Assembly (NCBI GenBank): GCA_050246315.1
Contig: JBFWWG010000002.1
Location: 492,811 to 556,810, forward strand
DNA length: 64,000 bases
DNA from: Nitrospiraceae bacterium
Lineage (GTDB): Bacteria > Nitrospirota > Nitrospiria > Nitrospirales > Nitrospiraceae
Reading direction: 5' to 3'
Below the pieces are notes generated by a model. It did no database searches, had not been told where the DNA came from, and was given only the letters and a program-made list of their open reading frames with translations. Shown here piece by piece: positions 47,830-58,974 of this stretch. Position 1 is the first letter of the stretch. Each line of letters starts with the position of its first letter. A program made the position numbers and the translations under genes.

Positions 47830-48684
47830 GTGTCATTGCTTGCACCGCCTCCCTTGTCAAGTGATCTGACCCAAGAAGCTGTCGCCTCCCTGCTTCGAAC
47901 CTGCGCCTTCGGACGCCGGTTACAGGTCTTGCAACAGACCGATTCGACCAATTCCGCCCTGCTCAAGCTGGCTCAAGACGGTGCCCCGCACGGGACGGTA
48001 GTCTGCGCTGAACACCAGACATTCGGTCGCGGCCGTCGAGGCCGGACATGGGTTTCTCGTCCGGGCCACAGTCTCTGCTTTTCGGTACTGCTCCGCGGCC
48101 GCCGGCTTTTATCCGAGGATGCCCACTGGCCTGCATGGGTCCCTCTGGCCAGCGGCACGGCGGTGGCATATGGTATCGCCGACACCATCGGTGTTACCCC
48201 GACGCTCAAGTGGCCAAACGATCTGCTCCTTGGCGACCGCAAACTGGGAGGTATCCTTTCGGAGAGCGTGTTGACGACTCAGTCCCCGCCGTTATTCATC
48301 GTCGGCATCGGACTCAACGTGACTCTGCCGAAGGAAGACATGCCGGAGGAATTGCTAGGCACGGCCACGTCGTTGATCTCGGCTACCGGCAGGCCGGTTG
48401 ACCGCGCGCGGCTTCTTTCCAATATTCTTGAGCGGTTGGAGGAACAGCTCGAACCGGTGCTGGACGGCGAGATCACGCAGGCCATTTCGGCCTATACAGA
48501 GTTGAGCTCAACGATCGGTCGAGAGGTCAGCATCGAGTTCACGGCCACGCCTCCCTTGATCGGATCGGCCAAGGCAGTGGCGCCCGATGGGGCCCTCCTC
48601 GTTCAGCCTCGCACCTCCGGGTCCGACCCTCGGAGGATGGGGATTGTTGCAGTTCGGGTTGGAGATGTGGTCCACTTACGGTGA
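47830..48684 (+). CDS. birA: biotin--[acetyl-CoA-carboxylase] ligase
   Basis: DSTN, QTFGRGRRGRTW, KWPND, KLGGIL, GIGLN. Confidence 0.94.
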   Translation: MSLLAPPPLSSDLTQEAVASLLRTCAFGRRLQVLQQTDSTNSALLKLAQDGAPHGTVVCAEHQTFGRGRRGRTWVSRPGHSLCFSVLLRGRRLLSEDAHWPAWVPLASGTAVAYGIADTIGVTPTLKWPNDLLLGDRKLGGILSESVLTTQSPPLFIVGIGLNVTLPKEDMPEELLGTATSLISATGRPVDRARLLSNILERLEEQLEPVLDGEITQAISAYTELSSTIGREVSIEFTATPPLIGSAKAVAPDGALLVQPRTSGSDPRRMGIVAVRVGDVVHLR

Positions 48685-48708
48685 AGGCTGGACCATAGGC
48701 ACCTATCC

Positions 48709-49515
48709 ATGCTGCTCGCAATTGATATCGGCAACACCAACCTTGTCTGCGGACTTTTCGAGGGGACCCGGCTCAAAGGTCATTGGCGACTTGCCACCAA
48801 CCCTCAGAAGACGGCCGATGAATACGGACTCGAGCTACGCGGGCTGTCACAATTGGCCGGCTTCACGGTCGAACAGATCCACGGTGTGATTATCTCCAGC
48901 GTCGTCCCCTCGCTGACCTCGACAATTGAGACGATGAGTGAGGGGTTTTTCCACCGCATCCCCTATCTGGTCTCGTCCGACACCGATTCTGGCTTGCAGC
49001 TCCGGTACCCCAATCCGAAAGAGATCGGAAGCGATCGTATCGTCAACGCCGCGGCGGCCTATGCCCAGTACCGGACGGACCTGATCATCATCGATTTTGG
49101 GACCGCGACCACGTTCTGTGCAGTCACGCGACAGGGGGAATATCTGGGCGGGGTCATTGCACCCGGCTTGGGGATCTCCGCGGAGGCGCTCTGGTCACGA
49201 ACAGCCAAGCTGCCCAAGGTTGCACTGGTGAGCCCCAAATCCGTCATCGGACGCGACACCGCCAGCAGCATCCAATCGGGCCTCATCTTCGGCTACGCGG
49301 GCCTTGTGGATGAAATCGTGGATCGGATGCAGCGGGAACTGTGCACGATCCCGATGGTGATCGCAACGGGCGGCCTTGCGCCCGTGATCGCACCGGAATC
49401 GAGACGCATCCAGGCGGTGAAACCTTTTCTGACCCTCGAAGGGCTCGAACTCCTCCATCGCCGCAATCGAGGCGACCTCGTCGATCGCGAAGACCCGACC
49501 TCATCGGCAAGCTGA
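48709..49515 (+). CDS. coaX: type III pantothenate kinase
   Basis: IDIGNTN, SSVVP, GSDR, DFGTATT, GGVIAPG. Confidence 0.96.
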   Translation: MLLAIDIGNTNLVCGLFEGTRLKGHWRLATNPQKTADEYGLELRGLSQLAGFTVEQIHGVIISSVVPSLTSTIETMSEGFFHRIPYLVSSDTDSGLQLRYPNPKEIGSDRIVNAAAAYAQYRTDLIIIDFGTATTFCAVTRQGEYLGGVIAPGLGISAEALWSRTAKLPKVALVSPKSVIGRDTASSIQSGLIFGYAGLVDEIVDRMQRELCTIPMVIATGGLAPVIAPESRRIQAVKPFLTLEGLELLHRRNRGDLVDREDPTSSAS

Positions 49516-49640
49516 ATCTTCCCCTCCCCTTCCTTCCTCTCATGCTCCGCTCGCATCGTTGACTCGGCTAGATTTTCTGCCCACTTCCTGTTGACTTTAC
49601 CCATCCGGTGGCTATCTACAAACGACCATAGGTAGACCCA

Positions 49641-50237
49641 GTGGATGACAACATGGAAAACGGTAACAGTCTCAATGACTTATCAGACCAGGACATGACC
49701 GAGACCGCTCCGAACGATGGCCAACAGGTCAGCGATCTACAACAACTTCGTGACAGCCTTGCGACCAAGAGCGACGAGGCCAAGGCCAACCAAGATCGCT
49801 ACCTCAGAGCCGTAGCAGAACTGGAAAATTATAAGCGAGTCTCCCAACGAGAGCAGCGGGAGAGCATCCGCTACGGCAACGAATCCATCCTGAAGGAACT
49901 CCTTCCGGCCATCGACAATCTGGAGAGAGCAATCCAAGCCGCCAAGACCAACGCCGGCCCCGATGCTTTGATCCAAGGAGTGGAGTTAACCCTCAAACAA
50001 TTGCAGGAGGCGATAGGCCGATTCGGGGTGAAGCCGATCTCCTGCATCGGTCAACCATTCGATCCGACCTGCCAGCAGGCCGTGACCCAGGTCGCAAGCG
50101 AACGCATTGCGCCGGGGTGCGTGGTTGATGAGTTCCAAAAGGGCTATGTCTTGCACGACCGTGTTTTACGGGCCGCGATGGTGAGCGTGGCGGCAGCCGC
50201 TTCCGCCTCAGACTCGGAGTCCGGCCAAGATTCTTGA
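49641..50237 (+). CDS. grpE: nucleotide exchange factor GrpE
   Basis: LRAVAELENYKR, LLPAIDNLERA, FDP, QKGY...RVLRAAMVSV. Confidence 0.95.
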   Translation: MDDNMENGNSLNDLSDQDMTETAPNDGQQVSDLQQLRDSLATKSDEAKANQDRYLRAVAELENYKRVSQREQRESIRYGNESILKELLPAIDNLERAIQAAKTNAGPDALIQGVELTLKQLQEAIGRFGVKPISCIGQPFDPTCQQAVTQVASERIAPGCVVDEFQKGYVLHDRVLRAAMVSVAAAASASDSESGQDS

Positions 50238-50319
50238 TGCAACGGAAACGAAGCGGTCCGCTCGACCTGAAATCCGGTTGGCGGGTGACTCCATCGCTTC
50301 GTGAGGGAAGGAGAGACCC

Positions 50320-52242
50320 ATGGGGAAAGTTATCGGCATCGACTTGGGAACCACGAATTCCTGTGTGGCCATCATGAGCGGCGGCGATCCCGCCGTCATC
50401 GCCAATGCTGAGGGAAGCCGCACCACTCCCTCGGTGGTCGCGATCACCGATAAGAACGAGCGACTCGTCGGCCAAATCGCCAAACGTCAGGCCATCACCA
50501 ATCCCGAGAACACGATCTATTCTGTAAAGCGCCTGATGGGGCGGAAGTTCCGCAACCGCGAGGTGCAGGATGCCATGAAGCGTCTGCCCTACAAGGTGCT
50601 GGAAGCCGACAATGGCGACGCGCACGTGGAGATTCGAGGGAAACGATACAGCCCCGCCGAGGTCTCGGCCATGATTCTGCAAAAAATGAAGCAGACGGCC
50701 GAAGACTATTTGGGAGAGAAAGTGACCGAGGCAGTCATTACCGTCCCGGCTTACTTCGATGACAGCCAGCGCCAAGCCACCAAAGACGCGGGACAGATTG
50801 CCGGGTTGAACGTGTTACGCATCATCAATGAGCCGACCGCCGCTTCGCTGGCCTACGGCCTCGACAAGAAGAAAGACGAGCGCATCGCCGTCTACGATCT
50901 CGGGGGCGGTACCTTCGACATTTCGATCCTTGAAATCGGAGAAGGCGTCTTCGAGGTAAAGTCCACCAACGGCGACACCTACCTGGGCGGCGACGATTTC
51001 GACCTCCGGATCATGGATTGGCTCGTCGAGGAGTTCAAGAAGGATCAAGGCATTGATCTCAGAAAGGACCGCATGGCGCTCCAGCGGTTGAAGGAGGCCG
51101 CCGAGCGGGCCAAGATCGAACTCTCCTCGTCCCAAGAGAGCGAAATCAATCTCCCGTTTATCACGGCCGATGCCAGCGGTCCGAAGCACCTCGTCACCAA
51201 ACTGACGAGGGCGAAGCTCGAACAACTCGTCGATGACTTGGTTCAGCGCACGATCGAACCCTGCCGCAAGGCCTTGACCGATGCCGGAGTCGCCGCACGA
51301 GACATCCACGAAGTGGTGCTGGTCGGCGGCATGACCCGCATGCCGAAAGTCATTCAGACCGTCAAGGACTTCTTCGGCAAAGAACCCCATCGCGGCGTCA
51401 ACCCCGATGAAGTGGTCGCGGTGGGCGCCGGCATTCAAGGCGGCGTCCTTAAGGGCGAAGTCAAAGACGTTCTCCTGTTGGACGTAACTCCGTTGACCCT
51501 TGGGATCGAAACGCTCGGCGGGATCTTCACCCACCTGATCGAACGGAACACGACGATTCCCAGCAAGAAGAGTCAGGTGTTCTCGACCGCCGCGGACAAC
51601 CAGACGGCGGTCACGATCCGGGTGTTCCAAGGGGAACGCGAAATGGCCAACGACAACAAGCTCCTCGGGCAGTTCGATCTCGTGGGCATTCCGCCGGCTC
51701 CCCGCGGCATGCCGCAGGTCGAGGTGACGTTCGACATCGACGCCAACGGCATCGTGCACGTCTCGGCCAAGGATCTTGGTACGGGCAAAGAACAGTCCAT
51801 CAAGATCACCGCCTCAAGCGGCCTCAACAAGGACGAGATCGAGAAGCTCGTTCGCGACGCGCAAAGCCATTCGGACGATGATAAAAAGCGCCGGCAGTTG
51901 GCCGAAGCCCGCAACCAGGCCGATACGCTGATTTACGGCACGGAGAAGAACCTGAACGAGCACGGCGATAAGATTTCGGACGAGGAGAAGACCAAGATCA
52001 CGGACGCGGTGACCGCGTTGCGCAAGGCGATGGAGGGCAACGACCTCGACGCCATCCAATCCGCAACACAAACGCTGACGTCCGCCTCCCACAAGCTGGC
52101 CGAAGAGATGTACAAGAAGGCCAGTGCCGCCGCGTCTCCAGGCGGTGCCGGCGGACCGGAGGGCAACGGTGGCGCAACCGGCAAAACAGATGAAAAGGTT
52201 GTGGACGCGGAATTTGAAGAAGTAGACAAGGATAAGAAGTAG
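50320..52242 (+). CDS. dnaK: chaperone DnaK
   Basis: [34 protein letters not shown]. Confidence 0.99.
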   Translation: MGKVIGIDLGTTNSCVAIMSGGDPAVIANAEGSRTTPSVVAITDKNERLVGQIAKRQAITNPENTIYSVKRLMGRKFRNREVQDAMKRLPYKVLEADNGDAHVEIRGKRYSPAEVSAMILQKMKQTAEDYLGEKVTEAVITVPAYFDDSQRQATKDAGQIAGLNVLRIINEPTAASLAYGLDKKKDERIAVYDLGGGTFDISILEIGEGVFEVKSTNGDTYLGGDDFDLRIMDWLVEEFKKDQGIDLRKDRMALQRLKEAAERAKIELSSSQESEINLPFITADASGPKHLVTKLTRAKLEQLVDDLVQRTIEPCRKALTDAGVAARDIHEVVLVGGMTRMPKVIQTVKDFFGKEPHRGVNPDEVVAVGAGIQGGVLKGEVKDVLLLDVTPLTLGIETLGGIFTHLIERNTTIPSKKSQVFSTAADNQTAVTIRVFQGEREMANDNKLLGQFDLVGIPPAPRGMPQVEVTFDIDANGIVHVSAKDLGTGKEQSIKITASSGLNKDEIEKLVRDAQSHSDDDKKRRQLAEARNQADTLIYGTEKNLNEHGDKISDEEKTKITDAVTALRKAMEGNDLDAIQSATQTLTSASHKLAEEMYKKASAAASPGGAGGPEGNGGATGKTDEKVVDAEFEEVDKDKK

Positions 52243-52260
52243 TTTACAATCACAACGACC

Positions 52261-52291
52261 GGGGCCGATCTCTAAACCGGAGGTCGGCCCC
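52261..52291 (+). terminator. stem-loop between dnaK and dnaJ
   Basis: GGGGCCGATCTC-loop-GAGGTCGGCCCC; weak U tract, so partial terminator or mRNA stabiliser. Confidence 0.55.
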
Positions 52292-52318
52292 TCCTGTTGA
52301 CCGACTTTCCAACCGGCC

Positions 52319-53449
52319 GTGGCATCTGTGAGCAAACGCGACTACTACGACGTCCTCGGGGTCGAACGCACCGCCTCCGACGACGAGATCAAAAAAGCGT
52401 TCCGGAAGCTGGCCCGCCAGCATCACCCCGACCTCCATGCAGCGGACAAGGACAAGAAACAGGCTGAAGAGAAATTCAAGGAAGCCAACGAGGCGTACGA
52501 GGTCCTGAGCGATGCGGAGAAGCGCAAGCGCTATGACATGTTCGGCCATAGCGGCGCTCAGGGCGGAGCCGGCTTCGAAGGATTCGATTTCGGACAAGGC
52601 GGTGGCTTCGGAGATATCTTCAACGACATCTTCGAAGACTTCTTCGGCGGGACGCGCGGGGGACGCCAGCGGGGAGAGCGAGGGTCCGACCTTCAATACA
52701 ATCTTGAAGTGACGTTTGAAGAGGCCATCTTCGGCAAGGAGACCAAGCTGAAGATTCCCCGCTGGGAGGTCTGCCACGACTGCAACGGCACCGGTGCCAA
52801 ATCGGCTGCCTCCATCAAGGCCTGTCCGAGTTGTCAAGGCGCCGGCCAGATTCGCCTCCAACAGGGATTCTTCAGCGTCAGCCGGACCTGCCATCATTGC
52901 GGCGGGACCGGCCACGTCATTACCGATCCTTGCAAGAGCTGCCAGGGACGCCAACGCGTCTACAAGGAACGACTGCTGGCCGTCCATATTCCTCCCGGCA
53001 TCGAAGGTGGGATGCGCCTGAGGCTGGCCAATGAGGGGGAACACGGAGTCAACGGCGGACCTCCCGGCGACCTCTTTGTCGCCGTCTCAGTCAAGCCTCA
53101 TTCGGTCTTTTCTCGCAAGGGACAGGAGATCTACTGCGACGCGCCGATCAATTTCGTCACGGCCACCCTGGGCGGACAGGTTGAGGTGCCGACCCTTCAT
53201 GGAACGGCCATGATCAAGATCACTCCCGGCACCCAGCACGAAAAGCAGTTTCGCATCAAAGGCGCCGGCGTGCCCAGTCTCAAGGGCGGGCAGCCCGGCG
53301 ATCAAGTCTGTATTGTCAAGATCCACATCCCCACGAAGCTCTCTCAGCGCCAGAAGGATCTCTTGGCCGAGTTTGCCAAGGAGAGCGGGCTCACGGCGGC
53401 GACGGAAGGGGATGGATTTTTCGATAAGGTCAAGACGCTCTTCGAGTAA
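52319..53449 (+). CDS. dnaJ: chaperone DnaJ
   Basis: HPD J-domain, G/F region, four CxxCxG repeats. Confidence 0.98.
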   Translation: MASVSKRDYYDVLGVERTASDDEIKKAFRKLARQHHPDLHAADKDKKQAEEKFKEANEAYEVLSDAEKRKRYDMFGHSGAQGGAGFEGFDFGQGGGFGDIFNDIFEDFFGGTRGGRQRGERGSDLQYNLEVTFEEAIFGKETKLKIPRWEVCHDCNGTGAKSAASIKACPSCQGAGQIRLQQGFFSVSRTCHHCGGTGHVITDPCKSCQGRQRVYKERLLAVHIPPGIEGGMRLRLANEGEHGVNGGPPGDLFVAVSVKPHSVFSRKGQEIYCDAPINFVTATLGGQVEVPTLHGTAMIKITPGTQHEKQFRIKGAGVPSLKGGQPGDQVCIVKIHIPTKLSQRQKDLLAEFAKESGLTAATEGDGFFDKVKTLFE

Positions 53450-53496
53450 CGGGCTCGCTCCCTGGACCCTGGTTTGCCCTCCACTATCGTCTCCGC

Positions 53497-54237
53497 ATGC
53501 CGGCCTTCTTCGTCACCAGTGAACAGGTGGTCGGGACAACCGTCATCATCCGCGGCGAGCTGTTGCGCCATCTTCGTGCCAGCCTGCGGGTTCGACCAGG
53601 CGAGGAACTAAGTCTCACCGAGGATCATACCCGACGCCTCCGCGTTCAGGTCACCTCGGTCACATCGGAACAACTGACCGCAATCGTGATCGAGACCTCC
53701 CTGCGGCCTGCTGAACTGGCACCGACGGTGATCCTTGGGCAGGCCCTACTCAAACACGATCAGATGGACTGGGTCATTCAAAAGGCGACGGAGCTGGGTG
53801 TCGCCGTCATCGTGCCACTCGTCACGAGCCGAGGCGTGGTCCGGCCGAACGGCACGCGCATCCGGACACAACGAGACCGTTGGAACCGGATTGCCTTCGA
53901 AGCCGCTCAGCAGGCGGAGCGTTGGGACAGCCCGGAGGTCATGGACCCTCAAGGTTGGCACGAGTGGATCGCCGCCCTCTCCCCCGCCGCCACCCGATTG
54001 ATGCTGCACGAACGCCGCCGATCGGCTGCTCTTTCGGATATCGCGCTCTCCGACTCAGCCGACCATCCGTTCGTCTTGGCGATAGGGCCGGAAGGAGGCT
54101 GGACAGAGGAGGAGGCGACTGCCGCCGACCTGAATGGGTTTCGATTGGTGAGTCTGGGCGAACGAATCCTTCGGGCGGAAACGGCGGCCCTGGCAGGTCT
54201 AACGCTTCTTCAGGGGCGCTTGGGACAGTTTCGCTAG
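53497..54237 (+). CDS. rsmE: 16S rRNA m3U1498 methyltransferase
   Basis: QKATELGV, IGPEGGW, SLGERILRAETA. Confidence 0.95.
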   Translation: MPAFFVTSEQVVGTTVIIRGELLRHLRASLRVRPGEELSLTEDHTRRLRVQVTSVTSEQLTAIVIETSLRPAELAPTVILGQALLKHDQMDWVIQKATELGVAVIVPLVTSRGVVRPNGTRIRTQRDRWNRIAFEAAQQAERWDSPEVMDPQGWHEWIAALSPAATRLMLHERRRSAALSDIALSDSADHPFVLAIGPEGGWTEEEATAADLNGFRLVSLGERILRAETAALAGLTLLQGRLGQFR

Positions 54238-54269
54238 CGCAGGCGTGGCGCTTCACGCCGGCATCGCCT

Positions 54270-55232
54270 TTAGGGGATCAGAGATAAAATGGTCCCATTC
54301 TCCCCGACCGCCCAGCCTCGCGGCGAACTCCCGACAAAAGACAACCCGAACAGCGAATGCTTGGCAATCGGTTGGTGAGGCAACCAGGTGATTCCTGCAT
54401 CGACGGTCGAATATAACGCCCCCCCCTCCCCCACCGTCCATCCGGTTTTCGAATCTGTGAAGCGGATTTTCAGGAAATCCGTCACGCGCTTGCATCCCCC
54501 GACACAGGAAATCGAGCGATCCACCCACTGCCGCCCACCGTCACTCGTTTGCAACATGATCCCCGCGTTTCCCACAACCCAGCCGTTGACCTCGTCCAGG
54601 AACGCCACATCAAAAAACGTTCCCGCGCTATGACTGGATTGCGCCTCCCAAGTCACGCCGCCGTCATGACTGACGAGAATCGTCCCGAGGGCTCCGACCG
54701 CCAGCCCATGCTGTTCGTTCAGGAAGGTGACGGCGTAGAGATTGGCGGTCGTCTCGGTGGATTGCTCGACCCAATGTCGGCCCCCATCTTCAGTATGGAG
54801 GATGACGCCACGATCACCCACGACCCAGCCTCGCTGGCCGCCGAGAAAGGTCACGGCATAGAGGGTCGCTTGGGTGCCGGTCGGCTGAGGAGTCCAGGTC
54901 TCTCCTCCATCGGTTGTGGCCAGGATCGTCCCGTTGGCCCCCGTCACCCATCCGCGACGATCGTCCGCAAAGAAGATTCCGGCCAGTAGCGTCCGCACTC
55001 CGCTGGTGAGCGTTCTCCATTTTTTTCCACCGTCGGTCGTCTTCAGAATGGTCCCACCGGCTCCGACGGCCCAGCCCAGTTGAGGGGATCGAGCCTGCAC
55101 CCCCATCAGGGTGTTCGTGGTCCCGCTCTTCTGCGGGGTCACGCGCACCCGTTCGGCGCCTTCGGCTGAATGAGAGAATGAACCCAGCGAATAGAGGAGG
55201 AGGATGGCCCAGACCCAGCCCATTACCGGCAT
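54270..55232 (-). CDS. YCF48-like/BNR-repeat beta-propeller secreted protein
   Basis: Signal peptide; repeats of GWxVGxxGTILxTxDGGxxW. Confidence 0.88.
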   Translation of the reverse strand: MPVMGWVWAILLLYSLGSFSHSAEGAERVRVTPQKSGTTNTLMGVQARSPQLGWAVGAGGTILKTTDGGKKWRTLTSGVRTLLAGIFFADDRRGWVTGANGTILATTDGGETWTPQPTGTQATLYAVTFLGGQRGWVVGDRGVILHTEDGGRHWVEQSTETTANLYAVTFLNEQHGLAVGALGTILVSHDGGVTWEAQSSHSAGTFFDVAFLDEVNGWVVGNAGIMLQTSDGGRQWVDRSISCVGGCKRVTDFLKIRFTDSKTGWTVGEGGALYSTVDAGITWLPHQPIAKHSLFGLSFVGSSPRGWAVGENGTILSLIP

Positions 55233-55302
55233 GGCGCTCGATCAGGACTGAAGCCCGGCATACGGTATCGCGGATCGGCTGACATACGAGAGACGATCAC
55301 CT

Positions 55303-57063
55303 TCACTCCTTGATTCCGAGGGGGGCCATACCATGTTCCTCGAACATGCCCTGTTCCGGAAGCCCACGGTGTTCGACGGTGAACTCTCCGACCGGAACGG
55401 TGACGTACTGCTTCGGTTGGCAGCAAGATCCGTCCGGCAAGACGTCCCATGACCCTCGGCGCACCATCAATGTGCCCTTAGAAAGGTCGGGGTTAAACTC
55501 TCCCGGCTTTCCGACACCGAACACATGCCGCCGCGGGACCACAATTTTGATTTCGTTGTCGGACCATGACAGGATGTGCAGGGCCACCCCGTTCAGCAGC
55601 ACTTCCGTCCGGGAGATATCTTCGCCGACCTGAAACCGATCCCCCACGTAGGCTTGACTGCTTAGACCAAGCTGGATGGCCTCCCGCATGATGAGAAAAT
55701 CCCCGAAGCCGGTCCCCTTGATCGTGACAACTTCATCGAGTCCGGCTGAATGAGGTTCATAGGACGTCACCTGAGGGGTCACGACGGTGAAATGCCCGGC
55801 CTCGGTCGTGAGCACGGTTCGCTCGGCGCAGCAACTGCCATCGGGATTGGGTTTGACCGCTCCACGCTTCACTACGACGGGCCCGTCTTTCGCGCTGAAC
55901 GGCACCCAGACGTCTATTCTATCCTGATGCCATCGATAGACGACGGCCGGCACCCCGCCGATCTCAACCGCATTGTCTCCCGGTTCGAAATCGGCAAACG
56001 CATAGGGAGTCTCCCCGCTCTCCGAGTAATAGCCGAAATTCTCGCCGGTGATCCGAAGCAGCGTGCCGATGGGTCCCTTCTCAGGTTTGATCTTGGTCAC
56101 CTTCGGCACGGTCACGGTGAACTGTGCCAATGTGCGGGCAGTCCCGCCCGTCTTGAGGACCACCGGGCCCGATTCTGCGCCGAGCGGCACGTGGGCCACG
56201 ATGACCGAGTCCTTCCATTGGGCCACAACCGCGGGATGCTCGTTGAACAACACGGCGTCGCCTGCGCCCTTGCCGTTGCCGAACCCCAACCCGAACAACA
56301 CCACCTTCGTCCCAATCGGACCGGCCAAGGGATCGACACGAACCGCCGGCATCAACGCAATGCGAACGCTGTTGCTGAGTACATGTTGTACGGTCGCGCA
56401 ACAGGACCCGTCAGGAAGCGGATCCGACGAAGCCAGCCGGATATGAATGTCTCCATTGGCCGCATTCGCGGGAACTTCAACTTCAATCTTATCGTCCCGC
56501 CAACGGCGCGACCGGACGACTACGCCTCCGATCACCACATCATTAACGCCGAACATGGAATTGGGGTCGCGCGGTCCCGCCGTGGGTCCGAAATGTTCTC
56601 CCAGTAACTGCACGACTTCGCCCGGCTCCGCCTTCGCAGGAACAACTTCTCGGATGATCGGGCGCTGGACGGCAAAGGACCCGGCCGCGATCTTGTGTTT
56701 ACCCTTTTGGATCTCAACCGCTCCGTCCTTCGCTTCGTACGGCACCCTGACTTCAATCAAGCTGGGGTCCCACCGTTGAATCAGAGCCGGTATGCCGCCG
56801 AAAAGGACGCGGTTCACCCCCGTCGATTGAAAAGTCCCGAACCCGCCTCCGACGATAGACACCGTCGCACCGGGAGCGGCGCTGGATGGCTGAAGCTGCA
56901 CGGCCGGCTTTTGCTGCTTGGGGGCTTTTTTCGACGTTGCTGCGAACGCTTCTCCAGCGAGACCGGCCACGCCCGTAAGGACGAGAATCGACCCAACCAC
57001 CGCGCTGATCGTCAAGATCCCGCGAGAGGTCGCTGGAACGCTTGAACAACGATGGTTCGACAT
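55303..57063 (-). CDS. secreted IPT/TIG-repeat protein
   Basis: Signal peptide; about five GxxVxIxGxxFG...WxxxxIxVxVP units; three PDGSCC motifs. Confidence 0.8.
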   Translation of the reverse strand: MSNHRCSSVPATSRGILTISAVVGSILVLTGVAGLAGEAFAATSKKAPKQQKPAVQLQPSSAAPGATVSIVGGGFGTFQSTGVNRVLFGGIPALIQRWDPSLIEVRVPYEAKDGAVEIQKGKHKIAAGSFAVQRPIIREVVPAKAEPGEVVQLLGEHFGPTAGPRDPNSMFGVNDVVIGGVVVRSRRWRDDKIEVEVPANAANGDIHIRLASSDPLPDGSCCATVQHVLSNSVRIALMPAVRVDPLAGPIGTKVVLFGLGFGNGKGAGDAVLFNEHPAVVAQWKDSVIVAHVPLGAESGPVVLKTGGTARTLAQFTVTVPKVTKIKPEKGPIGTLLRITGENFGYYSESGETPYAFADFEPGDNAVEIGGVPAVVYRWHQDRIDVWVPFSAKDGPVVVKRGAVKPNPDGSCCAERTVLTTEAGHFTVVTPQVTSYEPHSAGLDEVVTIKGTGFGDFLIMREAIQLGLSSQAYVGDRFQVGEDISRTEVLLNGVALHILSWSDNEIKIVVPRRHVFGVGKPGEFNPDLSKGTLMVRRGSWDVLPDGSCCQPKQYVTVPVGEFTVEHRGLPEQGMFEEHGMAPLGIKE

Positions 57064-57178
57064 GGTGTGAGCTTCTGCTGCGTGGAAGATGTTGGAGTCC
57101 TGCGCATACCGCTAACTCCCCACGCAACAGAGATCGCTGTTCGAGATGGAGTTATCGCGAGGCGATGGATGATATCGG

Positions 57179-57208
57179 ACTATAACAAGGCATTTTTTTG
57201 AGTGTCAA
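57179..57208 (-). promoter_or_regulatory. sigma70-type promoter for the IPT/TIG-YCF48 pair
   Basis: Minus-strand TTGACA (57208-57203), 18 bp, TATAGT. Confidence 0.5.
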
Positions 57209-57232
57209 GGCAGCCGGAAGAAGACGAGTTGT

Positions 57233-57700
57233 CTACGTATCTGGCACGGTTTCGACGATCAGATCGAGCTCAACCGGAGCATTCAAGGGTAATTCGGCCG
57301 CGCCGACCGCTACCCGTGCGTGGCGCCCCTGATCTCCAAGCAGGGCCACGAGCAGGTCTGAGGCCCCGTTAACGACAGCCGGCTGTTGGACGAATCCCTC
57401 GGCGGAGGCGACATGACCGGTCAGGCGCACGACCTGAGCGATTCGGTCCAAATTGCCGAGCTCGCTTTTGACAATCGCCAAGGCATTGAGCATCGCCAGT
57501 CGAGCCGCGTCCACCCCTTGCTCAATCGTCACGTCGCGTCCCAGCTTGCCCGTCGAGGACAGTCGGCCGTTGTGCATCGGCAACACCCCGCTCAAGAACA
57601 ACAGTCGCCCCGTCCTGACCGCTGGCACATAATTGGCCACCGGTATGGGTGCGGCAGGGAGTTCCATGCCTAACTCTTTGAGACGTTGCTCCCAGGACAT
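57233..57700 (-). CDS. RidA/YjgF-family protein
   Basis: PVANYVP, FLSG, VVNGASDLL, GRHARVAVG, LPLNAPVE; start ATG 57700. Confidence 0.92.
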   Translation of the reverse strand: MSWEQRLKELGMELPAAPIPVANYVPAVRTGRLLFLSGVLPMHNGRLSSTGKLGRDVTIEQGVDAARLAMLNALAIVKSELGNLDRIAQVVRLTGHVASAEGFVQQPAVVNGASDLLVALLGDQGRHARVAVGAAELPLNAPVELDLIVETVPDT

Positions 57701-57747
57701 CGCTCTATCCTCCCACTTCTCGCGGCTGTTCAACGGCCGCTGCACTC

Positions 57748-58923
57748 TCAACCGCCCCTCAATGCGGCCAAATAGCTCTCGCCTGTCGGCAGGCGCGATG
57801 CACCGAACGCCTCTGCAATCGTTTGTCCCAAATCCGCGAAGGTTCGGAGCGTACCCAGATTCACGCCCTTGGCGATACGGGGGCCGAACAGCAGCACTGG
57901 CCTCGGATCGCTGCCCGCTTCTCCGCTTCCCAGCACATCCCGCGCATAGTCGGCGGTCATGCACACCAGATCACCTGGCTTGAGCTTGGCCTGAAATTCC
58001 AACAGAGCGGTATCGAGCCTCCCCAACGCCTGAACCCAGTTGAAGGCGAAGGAGGCGGCGCCTCCCCACTCCACGTCGTCGAACAGCCCGGCGACGATCA
58101 ACCCTCTCGGGGTGGTGGTCAGCGTCTTCATCAACTCGCTCCAGGCCGCTGTCGTGCTCCGGACCGGAACTGTTCTGGTGAAGCCGTTGCCGTTGAAGAG
58201 ATCCCCGACCTTTCCGATCCCCGTCACCAGTTGCTCCACGCTCACCAGCGCTTCAAACACAGTTTGCCCAGGAGCCGCCTTGCAGCTCTCCCGCATCTGA
58301 TCCAGCCACCGGAAGGCCCCGGGCGGTCCTCCGATCGGTCGTGCCACTACACGGGCGATCGGACAAAGGGCTTGCACAGCTTTCCGGACATCGCGACACA
58401 CGCGGAACAAGTCCGGCGGAGAGCACACACTGTCATGTGCCGCGACATGACAGGTCGCGCCCTGATCACCCCAAATGAGTAGTTGCTTGCGTGTCAGCGC
58501 TTCGGCGACCGTTTGGCCCAGAAGGGTGTGGAAGTCGGGACAGGTGATCGGCTGCACCGACAACCTGGCGGCCCGCTCCACCGCCTCCCTGAGCGAAGCC
58601 GGAAGCGCGTCCCGATAGGAGGGGAACGGTTCAGCCGGCACCACCCCGGAGAGTTCCCAGAGGCTCGTCAGCGGATCGGCCCCGGACACGGACGAGACCA
58701 TCCGTCCGAAACAACCCTCCGGCTGGTCCACACGCCGCAGACGGGAAGGACTCACCACATGGCCCAGTCCCAAGGCCTCCAGCGTCGGAAGGGAGAGATC
58801 GGGAACAGCTCCGAGCACCGCTGCGAGCCCCCTCCGATGCTGTTCCAGCTTTTTTTGCTCGGACTCGGAAGAAGGGCCGGTCCCCAGACCGTTCACGAGA
58901 AGCAAAATGATCCGCTGAATCAC
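57748..58923 (-). CDS. deoB: phosphopentomutase-like protein with degenerate active site
   Basis: LPTLEALGLG, ARVVARP, GIGKVGDLFNG, TFADLGQTIAE; next to deoC; metal ligands altered. Confidence 0.72.
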   Translation of the reverse strand: MIQRIILLLVNGLGTGPSSESEQKKLEQHRRGLAAVLGAVPDLSLPTLEALGLGHVVSPSRLRRVDQPEGCFGRMVSSVSGADPLTSLWELSGVVPAEPFPSYRDALPASLREAVERAARLSVQPITCPDFHTLLGQTVAEALTRKQLLIWGDQGATCHVAAHDSVCSPPDLFRVCRDVRKAVQALCPIARVVARPIGGPPGAFRWLDQMRESCKAAPGQTVFEALVSVEQLVTGIGKVGDLFNGNGFTRTVPVRSTTAAWSELMKTLTTTPRGLIVAGLFDDVEWGGAASFAFNWVQALGRLDTALLEFQAKLKPGDLVCMTADYARDVLGSGEAGSDPRPVLLFGPRIAKGVNLGTLRTFADLGQTIAEAFGASRLPTGESYLAALRGG

Positions 58924-58974
58924 GCGCGCACTATAGCAGAAGCAACGGGGACCGAAAAGACCGCGGGGCGATCA

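Noticed and set aside
49516..49640. CIRCE/hrcA control of grpE-dnaK-dnaJ
   Set aside because: No TTAGCACTC-N9-GAGTGCTAA and no hrcA seen
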